From a virus (Duplodnaviria; Caudoviricetes): 59,542 bases of DNA. Within the stretch, counting starts at the first letter, position 1. Every line of letters starts with the position of its first letter. Made by a program: the position numbers and the translations under genes. The stretch is from the IMG/VR virus record IMGVR_UViG_3300030329_002202, positions 1 to 59,542 of that record. The stretch is one strand, 5' to 3'. Shown here piece after piece: positions 53,630 to 59,542 of the stretch. The notes beneath the pieces are model-generated. The model saw only the letters and a list, made by a program, of their open reading frames with translations. It searched no databases and was not told where the DNA came from.

Positions 53630-54914
53630 GAAACTTAGTTAATTCCCTTTGAAACCTGAGCCCTAGAACGCCTGTTCCAATATTTCTACCTTTGGCAAAT
53701 ATTATTTCTGCTAAACCATCTGTACTATTGCCTTTATCATCCTGCGTTATACCATAATATTCTGGTCTATATACCAACACAACCACATCAGCAGCTTGTT
53801 CTATTTCTCCAGACTCTCTAAGGTCAGCTATAGTTGGCCTACTCTCTGACCTTTGACCAACACCCCTATTTAACTGAGATAAAGCTATAATAGTTATGTT
53901 AAGTTCTTTTGCTATATTTTTTAATGCCCTAGCTACCTCAGAGACCTCTTGCTCCCTACTCCTCCCTTTTTTATCGTTAGATACTAGCTGTAGATAGTCA
54001 ACCATAAATAACTTCACCTTCTTGGTTATAACATACTGTCTTATCCTGTTAAGAAGGTATTTAAGGGAGGAAGAGGAGCATTCATCAACATACAGGGGCA
54101 CCTTTTCTATTCTTCCTACACTTTCATGTATTTTACTTAATTCTGTTTGGTCTAATGTTCCTTTCATTATCCATTTATTATCTATTCCAGAGTCAGATGA
54201 CACAAGCCTACTTAATAATTGTTGTGAGCTCATCTCATAAGAGAATAAACAAGTGGGTGTTTTACCATAAAAAGCACTATTAAAAGCGAAGGCTAAAGCA
54301 AGGGAGGTTTTACCCATAGAACTAGCACCCCCAATGATGACTAGGTCTGTCCCCTGCCAGCCTCCTGTAAACTTATCAAGGCTCTCAAATCCAGTTGTTA
54401 TACCATTGAGCCCCTCGTTATTCATTTTATGCTCTATACTTTTTAGAAGGCCACCAAGCTGCTCTGATACATTAATAATTCCATCTTTACTAACATCTCC
54501 TATCTTTCCAACCTCTTGCTCCACATATTCTATTATTTCAAAAACATCATCGTCTTCTTGAAGCATTCTAGCTATCTTATGATTTAAATTAAATAGCTGT
54601 TCTTTCTTTTTTCTCTCACTTAATATAAGTATACATGTCAAGGCTTCTGTTTGTATATAAGCCTCTTCATGCATCATTTTCGCTAAATCGTAAGTCAGGT
54701 TTTCACCTTTGTTTTTTACAGTTTCATTCAAGCTCATTAAATCTATCTTGTTCCCATTCTGGAGCTCTTCTGATATGTATTTAAATATTTTCTTATTCTT
54801 AGGGTCCTCAAATAATTCATCACTAATCAATGAATGATTATTATAATACTCTTGAGGATTATTAATAAGCTTCCCTATAAGTGTTCTTTCTACTTGTATA
54901 CTATCTACTGACAT
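53613..54914 (-). CDS. dnaB: DnaB-like replicative helicase
   Basis: Start probably ATG 54914; ITTGFESLD, GASSMGKTS, SYEMS, VDYLQL, LSQLNR, DLRESGEIEQAAD, KGRN. Confidence 0.95.
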   Translation of the reverse strand: MSVDSIQVERTLIGKLINNPQEYYNNHSLISDELFEDPKNKKIFKYISEELQNGNKIDLMSLNETVKNKGENLTYDLAKMMHEEAYIQTEALTCILILSERKKKEQLFNLNHKIARMLQEDDDVFEIIEYVEQEVGKIGDVSKDGIINVSEQLGGLLKSIEHKMNNEGLNGITTGFESLDKFTGGWQGTDLVIIGGASSMGKTSLALAFAFNSAFYGKTPTCLFSYEMSSQQLLSRLVSSDSGIDNKWIMKGTLDQTELSKIHESVGRIEKVPLYVDECSSSSLKYLLNRIRQYVITKKVKLFMVDYLQLVSNDKKGRSREQEVSEVARALKNIAKELNITIIALSQLNRGVGQRSESRPTIADLRESGEIEQAADVVVLVYRPEYYGITQDDKGNSTDGLAEIIFAKGRNIGTGVLGLRFQRELTKFHEIQE

Positions 54915-55398
54915 TTGTAAAATTTGGTGTTTTATATTGTGTTTTATTTTGTTCAACTCTGGTTATTACTTCATTTCTCCAACCCTTTTGATATATCCAT
55001 GTGCTAGGATTTTTCCTATATTGTTTATCAGGTGTTGACTTAACGTATATATCAACCATCTTTAATGCTTCATTCATATCTGACACTGACAACTTCCTCC
55101 ATTTCTTTAAACAATCATCTCTATTTATTTTTTTATCATACCTGTCCCAAAAATCATTAAACATATCCATTTTTTCTGATAATATTTTTTCACTTGGCTT
55201 AATTATGTTAGTGTCTAATGTTGCGTCCCTAAAAGAATTAGCAACCCTATTAAAAACATTACTAGCAAAGCTCTCAGTTGGATATATCTCCTCATGTTTC
55301 CTAGAGGATATATAAAAAACAATCTTTTTACCATCTAAGTAATACTGGTCTATTTTATTACTCTCTATAAAAGAGTCTGTGTTTATCTTTATAAGCAT
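54901..55398 (-). CDS. Replication initiator / helicase-loader-like protein
   Basis: FNDFWDRYDKK...KKWRKL...YRKNPSTWIYQKGW; directly upstream of dnaB. Confidence 0.65.
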   Translation of the reverse strand: MLIKINTDSFIESNKIDQYYLDGKKIVFYISSRKHEEIYPTESFASNVFNRVANSFRDATLDTNIIKPSEKILSEKMDMFNDFWDRYDKKINRDDCLKKWRKLSVSDMNEALKMVDIYVKSTPDKQYRKNPSTWIYQKGWRNEVITRVEQNKTQYKTPNFTNVSR

Positions 55399-55437
55399 AT
55401 GTTCGTTTGTTTATTTATCATAGTGATTTGTGTTCGT

Positions 55438-55466
55438 AAAGGGGATGACATTAACCAATCACCCCC
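55438..55466 (-). terminator. Hairpin / weak terminator downstream of the SSB-like gene
   Basis: Minus strand reads gggggtgat-tggttaat-gtcatcccc-ttt. Confidence 0.45.
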
Positions 55467-55494
55467 AATACATGAACAAATAAAAAATGAATAA

Positions 55495-55767
55495 TTAAAA
55501 TGGGAGGTTATCTCCACCTGATGATGCTGTCTCCTTTTGAGGCTCAGGCTTGAAATCATTAATCTTAACATAATGTGTTTTACCATATTCATTAGCACCA
55601 CCTTTGTTAGCACCAATAGTTAAGTTAACATACTTCTTGCCCTCGTACTCATAAACATGCTCTCCAATCTTATCAAGATGAACAGTCATATTAATAATTG
55701 AGCCACCATCGTCAAATTTGACTTCTTTTCCATTTCCACAAAAAATTGTTTCTTTTTGATTTTCCAT
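55495..55767 (-). CDS. Single-stranded DNA-binding-like protein
   Basis: Start ATG 55767 (MENQKE); GKKYVNLTI..NEYGKTH; C-terminal tail GGDNLPF. Confidence 0.7.
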   Translation of the reverse strand: MENQKETIFCGNGKEVKFDDGGSIINMTVHLDKIGEHVYEYEGKKYVNLTIGANKGGANEYGKTHYVKINDFKPEPQKETASSGGDNLPF

Positions 55768-55786
55768 AATTAAAATAATTAAAAGG

Positions 55787-55978
55787 TTAAATAAATAAAT
55801 TGTTATACGCCCATGTGTCATCAACATTCATCATCTCAGAAATTAATCTAATTTCTTGTGCTGAAAATGTATCAGGAGAATTTAATCTCTTTGATATTGT
55901 TGGTCTGGACACGCCAACATATTCTGCTACTTCTAGTTGTGATATTTTTCTTGTTTTGAGTTCGTTTTTTAGTTTCAT
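55787..55978 (-). CDS. XRE/Cro-like HTH regulator
   Basis: ISQLEVAEYVGVSRPTISKRLN. Confidence 0.85.
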   Translation of the reverse strand: MKLKNELKTRKISQLEVAEYVGVSRPTISKRLNSPDTFSAQEIRLISEMMNVDDTWAYNNLFI

Positions 55979-55990
55979 GATATATTAATT

Positions 55991-56755
55991 TTAAATAATT
56001 GACTCGACATAATAGTCCTTGATTTCTTTTTCTTGGCTTATAAAGTAGTGGTCATAAAGATTTAGCAGGTTCTTATACTTTTCTCTACCATATTCAATAA
56101 ATTCTTTACTACACATATATATACCCACATCATAGGGTTCAGTTTTTTCTATAACAATAAACCAAAACTCATCAGCATCAAATCCATCTAAATAAAAGGC
56201 AGACTGTCTATCATATCCATATTTCATACAAGAGCCTTTAAAAGAGTTCATTGTGTGGTTTTGTGTGGTTTTTATATCAACCATTATTTTTACGCCATTC
56301 TCCTCTTTATAATAGTCAGTCTTCCCCTTACAATAAACGCCAGTATCTCTATCCTCCCAACAATTAACAACCTCTGCTTTACCACCTGATAGTAGGTTTA
56401 TAACTCTTGGTATTGATAATAGTTTTTCCCTCATCTTCAATAAAGACTTGTTCTCGCTTTGTGTTATAATTGTTTTGTCCTCATTTGCAGATTTAAACTC
56501 GTCCCAAGCCTTACCCCTCCTTGTTCCATCATAAGATATAACCTGTTCTTTATATTTCTCAGGTTCTAATATGTTTAAGTGAAAAGCTCTACCAAACAAC
56601 AAGGCGTTAGTGTCATCTTGACCATACTTTCTGTAATGCTCTAGTTTTGCAGGGGAGTGTTCAAGTTTACCAAGTTGTGAATTGGTGATGAAATTCTTAT
56701 CCCCATAATACAAGCTGTCGCTTTCAAAGTCTTTTATATATTTAGAAAAGTCCAT
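55991..56755 (-). CDS. RecE/ExoVIII-like PD-(D/E)XK exonuclease (DUF3799-like)
   Basis: FGRAFHLNILEP, CKGKTD, VDIKTT, YGYDRQSAFY, FIVIEKTEPY. Confidence 0.85.
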   Translation of the reverse strand: MDFSKYIKDFESDSLYYGDKNFITNSQLGKLEHSPAKLEHYRKYGQDDTNALLFGRAFHLNILEPEKYKEQVISYDGTRRGKAWDEFKSANEDKTIITQSENKSLLKMREKLLSIPRVINLLSGGKAEVVNCWEDRDTGVYCKGKTDYYKEENGVKIMVDIKTTQNHTMNSFKGSCMKYGYDRQSAFYLDGFDADEFWFIVIEKTEPYDVGIYMCSKEFIEYGREKYKNLLNLYDHYFISQEKEIKDYYVESII

Positions 56756-56758
56756 ATA

Positions 56759-57274
56759 CTATTTGTTTATTTCATTCATTAATATCTTTCGTTGGTCTTC
56801 TGTCATTGAGTAGTTATTCATTCTCTGCTTAACAACCAAACTCTCTCCATCTTTTATAGCTTTCATCATAGCATCAAACTGACTACTTGTTAGTTTTTTT
56901 TTACCACTAACTTTTGGCTTCTTAGGTGCTTCTGATTGTGCTATTGCATTTGCAACCTCATGTGCTGAAGCAACTTGACTATCTATACCTATACCAAAGT
57001 TTGCCAAAGCCCTACCCCACGCTGATGTTTCACAAACCTCAACAAAAGATGTTTTATTAATAAAGTTTGCTGACCTCACTTCGTGTGCGTGTCCTGTCGC
57101 TATAACTCTTTCACCATGAGCTATCATAGCTTTTATAACACAATGCTCATCTGTACATTGTATAATCTCTGTTATTAATGAGTGTTCTGGGTAATTTTCT
57201 CTAAAGTATTTAAGTCTTTCGTTAACTTCTACATACTCCTTTCCTTTAATGTTTATTGTTTTTAGTTTAGCCAT
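56759..57274 (-). CDS. ssDNA-annealing recombinase (Rad52/Sak-like)
   Basis: YVEVNERLKYFRE...CETSAWGRALANFGIG; paired with the exonuclease. Confidence 0.7.
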   Translation of the reverse strand: MAKLKTINIKGKEYVEVNERLKYFRENYPEHSLITEIIQCTDEHCVIKAMIAHGERVIATGHAHEVRSANFINKTSFVEVCETSAWGRALANFGIGIDSQVASAHEVANAIAQSEAPKKPKVSGKKKLTSSQFDAMMKAIKDGESLVVKQRMNNYSMTEDQRKILMNEINK

Positions 57275-57300
57275 AATTAAATTAAATTAAATTGTTTTTA

Positions 57301-57308
57301 CAAATATA
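57301..57308 (-). promoter_or_regulatory. Bacteroidota promoter -7 element (TATATTTG)
   Basis: Intergenic, upstream of the recombination/replication operon. Confidence 0.65.
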
Positions 57309-57330
57309 TTAAAATAAGTTTACAATAACC

Positions 57331-57810
57331 CTACTTTAGCATATATTTTTTCTTAAAACTTATTAACAGGTCGTGAAATCTCTCCCTCTCTGACTTCTCT
57401 TTTATCCACAAGTTTTTATACCTGTCAATTTCTTTATTTTGCTCTTGAATTTTATCTTTCATCGTTAGATTTAGGTCTGCCTGTTCATCTTTATCATTTA
57501 CATATAAACCTAATAAGTCCATAGCTTTATCGTACATTTTTCTGTATGAAGCATCGTATTGATAATCTGTATCATGCATGTTTCTAGCGTGGACAATAGA
57601 GGCGTGATTTTTATATCCCACCACATCTCTAACCATGTGATTTGTATAATTAAAGTTTCTGAATAATATGTTTACAAGTAGTTGTCTTGATATAACAACA
57701 TTCGAGTGTCTTGTTGCTCTCTTGTTTCTTATTATTTTATCAACAGGAACATTAGATACATCAGATACTATTTCTACTATATTCTTTTCTATAATTTTCA
57801 TAATTTTCAT
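57331..57810 (-). CDS. DnaA domain IV-like HTH protein with coiled-coil tail
   Basis: RHSNVVISRQLL..L......VGYKNHASIVHA matches the DnaA C-terminal R...V..RQ...G..DH.TV.HA pattern. Confidence 0.7.
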   Translation of the reverse strand: MKIMKIIEKNIVEIVSDVSNVPVDKIIRNKRATRHSNVVISRQLLVNILFRNFNYTNHMVRDVVGYKNHASIVHARNMHDTDYQYDASYRKMYDKAMDLLGLYVNDKDEQADLNLTMKDKIQEQNKEIDRYKNLWIKEKSERERFHDLLISFKKKYMLK

Positions 57811-57923
57811 TTTTTTATAATCATTAACATTATTATTATCATACCTACTATTATCATTAAGTCTAAGCCATCAGGTGTACAACCATAATCAGCTAACCAA
57901 TAATCTTCCCAGTATTTTTTCAT
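57807..57923 (-). CDS. 38-aa peptide with C-terminal TM (not in ORF track)
   Basis: MKKYWEDYW...IIVGMIIIMLMIIKK; ATGA overlap with the downstream gene. Confidence 0.45.
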   Translation of the reverse strand: MKKYWEDYWLADYGCTPDGLDLMIIVGMIIIMLMIIKK

Positions 57924-57929
57924 AGTGAT

Positions 57930-58133
57930 TTATTTTTTTAATTTATTAATATATTCTTGAGCTTCATTTCTGGTTTTAAATAACTTTCTTACAGGTTCTA
58001 CTTTATATATCTCCTCGCTAACATCGTCCCAACAAGACCACATAATCTCGTACTTATGCAGGTTATATAGGTCATCTTTATATTTGATTACGATATAATA
58101 ATCATCGCCTTCTTTAAATGGATATTTATTCAT
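57930..58133 (-). CDS. Hypothetical early protein
   Basis: YPFKEGDDYY...WSCWDDVSEE; coupled ORF. Confidence 0.65.
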   Translation of the reverse strand: MNKYPFKEGDDYYIVIKYKDDLYNLHKYEIMWSCWDDVSEEIYKVEPVRKLFKTRNEAQEYINKLKK

Positions 58134-58255
58134 GATATTAGGTATAAAATTAACATTATTGTTCCCCCAACAGATATTAGTTTAGCTAAGTGTTTAATGT
58201 CTTCATCTGCCTCTTTACATTCTTCTTCCCATTCTTGTAGTTCTTTATCTGTCAT
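58130..58255 (-). CDS. 41-aa peptide with C-terminal TM (not in ORF track)
   Basis: MTDKELQEW...GGTIMLILYLIS; ATGA overlap with the downstream gene. Confidence 0.5.
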   Translation of the reverse strand: MTDKELQEWEEECKEADEDIKHLAKLISVGGTIMLILYLIS

Positions 58256-58257
58256 AA

Positions 58258-58569
58258 TTAATAAGTATCTTCGTCATAATTTTCCTTAAGCCCCATATCT
58301 TCTGCAAAATATGTCATACTTTCCCATATTTGATTTGCAGTCCCATCATTATCTATTGCCAAATCTATTATCTCCATAGCTTGTGCGTCAGTACACTTAT
58401 AGTGAGACTGTACATCGTCAATATGATATAGTGTATCTATATAATATCCATTTTTTCTTAATAGTTCTTTTGCGTCTGCGATTTTATCGTTAGTCGATAT
58501 TATATCCTCAGGTAATTCATTCTCGTTTGGTTGCGAGTTTGCGTATTCTAAATCGTTTCTTGTTTCCAT
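58258..58569 (-). CDS. Acidic hypothetical early protein
   Basis: ORF with AAAATTATGGAA start context. Confidence 0.7.
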   Translation of the reverse strand: METRNDLEYANSQPNENELPEDIISTNDKIADAKELLRKNGYYIDTLYHIDDVQSHYKCTDAQAMEIIDLAIDNDGTANQIWESMTYFAEDMGLKENYDEDTY

Positions 58570-58577
58570 AATTTTAT

Positions 58578-58766
58578 TTATTTATTTAATACTACTAATT
58601 TGCTATATAAGTCTTGTACCATATTAAGTTCTTTTTCTTCCCCCTCATCTAAACCCTCATATCTTTCTTCCATTCTTTCTAATTCAATTTCTGTTAAAGA
58701 CTTAATAAATTCTAATTCTTTTTTACTTAACACTTGATAAAGTGGTTTTGTCGCTAAATTTTCCAT
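58578..58766 (-). CDS. Hypothetical early protein
   Basis: ORF in a tightly packed array. Confidence 0.65.
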   Translation of the reverse strand: MENLATKPLYQVLSKKELEFIKSLTEIELERMEERYEGLDEGEEKELNMVQDLYSKLVVLNK

Positions 58767-58778
58767 AATGTTTATTTA

Positions 58779-58904
58779 TTAATCGTTCCAATATGCTTTC
58801 GCACATTCATCAGAACAAAATTTATATTCAGTTAATTTCTCACAGAATGCACATTCTGTTTTGTCTACTAGGTCTTGATATGGTTCTCTATCGTAATCGT
58901 TCAT
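58779..58904 (-). CDS. 41-aa Zn-finger peptide (CxxC...FCSxxC; not in ORF track)
   Basis: MNDYDREPYQDLVDKTECAFCEKLTEYKFCSDECAKAYWND. Confidence 0.6.
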   Translation of the reverse strand: MNDYDREPYQDLVDKTECAFCEKLTEYKFCSDECAKAYWND

Positions 58905-59025
58905 ATCCTAATTTTCTTTTAAGGTTTTCAATTTCAGTTTCGTACTTGTGTTGTATGTTATCGTATTCTTCTATTGTGAACACATAATAACCATTTTTAA
59001 ACATATCAAATTTATTTATCTCCAT
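58888..59025 (-). CDS. 45-aa hypothetical protein (not in ORF track)
   Basis: MEINKFDMFKNGYY...YERLR; AATTATGGA start context. Confidence 0.55.
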   Translation of the reverse strand: MEINKFDMFKNGYYVFTIEEYDNIQHKYETEIENLKRKLGYERLR

Positions 59026-59030
59026 AATTA

Positions 59031-59255
59031 TTAATCGTTGTTTTTGCGAGTTATAAATTCCTGTTCATCAGTAAAGGGTAATTCCTCATTATTAGTTAAT
59101 TCTTTTTTAATTCTGTTCATTTTATTGTTCAGTTCTATTATCATATCAACAAACTCCTCATCATCTTCTATATATCTTTCATCATCTAAATTCTGTTGTA
59201 TTATCATTTGTATATACAAAACCTCATCTATATTTAATTTATTTTCTTCTTCCAT
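59031..59255 (-). CDS. Acidic hypothetical early protein
   Basis: ORF with AAAATTATGGAA start context. Confidence 0.65.
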   Translation of the reverse strand: MEEENKLNIDEVLYIQMIIQQNLDDERYIEDDEEFVDMIIELNNKMNRIKKELTNNEELPFTDEQEFITRKNND

Positions 59256-59259
59256 AATT

Positions 59260-59364
59260 TTATTTATTAAATTCTATTATACATTCTTTACAACATTGTC
59301 TTGTTTCTCCATTTTCATTTGTAGGTGTAAACTTATCCCTACATATACAACATTCTTTTTCCAT
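59260..59364 (-). CDS. 34-aa Zn-ribbon peptide (not in ORF track)
   Basis: MEKECCICRDKFTPTNENGETRQCCKECIIEFNK. Confidence 0.55.
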   Translation of the reverse strand: MEKECCICRDKFTPTNENGETRQCCKECIIEFNK

Positions 59365-59368
59365 AATT

Positions 59369-59521
59369 TTAGTTATTATATATTTTTACAATTTCTTCTA
59401 TAACTTTATCTACATTATCATCATTAACTTCTACATCATAAGCTATTAAATAATCAGATATTTGCTCAAAAAATGTATCAGTAAATTTGTCTGCTATCTT
59501 GTATGCTAATTGTTTTTCCAT
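59369..59521 (-). CDS. 50-aa acidic hypothetical protein (not in ORF track)
   Basis: MEKQLAYKIADKFTDTFFEQ...; same start context as its neighbours. Confidence 0.55.
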   Translation of the reverse strand: MEKQLAYKIADKFTDTFFEQISDYLIAYDVEVNDDNVDKVIEEIVKIYNN

Positions 59522-59542
59522 AATTTTAGTTTTTTAATTCAT

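Noticed and set aside
1-59542. Stop-codon reassignment or a diversity-generating retroelement, as in some crAss-like phages
   Set aside because: Genes are intact in the standard code with TAA, TAG and TGA all used as stops; no suppressor tRNA, reverse transcriptase or TR/VR pair seen

Overview
AT-rich fragment of a tailed dsDNA phage, probably podovirus-like with crAss-like or Cellulophaga-phage-like gene order, most likely infecting marine Bacteroidota. Host evidence: TAnnTTTG promoters, A-rich starts without Shine-Dalgarno motifs, and four signal peptides each followed by Gln. Layout: (1) a non-coding left end with repeats; (2) a minus-strand block with an outer-membrane barrel, a secreted protein, a nuclease and fibre-like proteins; (3) a long plus-strand morphogenesis block with basic cargo proteins, a fibre, GroES, terminase, portal, scaffold, major capsid, ring and muzzle tail proteins, internal virion proteins including a 3588-aa polyvalent protein, a DUF5675 lysin candidate and HNH proteins; (4) a minus-strand replication/early block with a holin, nucleases, tRNA-Arg(UCU), DnaB, SSB, a recombination pair and micro-ORFs. 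Most notable: the giant protein's enzyme modules are each bounded by a repeated [AP]KYQ motif next to a metallopeptidase; a [YMA]xxG[GA] motif and a TonB-box-like segment occur in cargo proteins; a T9SS-tailed protein is paired with an outer-membrane barrel; and CCG/CGG and GATC appear to be absent. All family calls come from motif recognition by eye, not from database searches.
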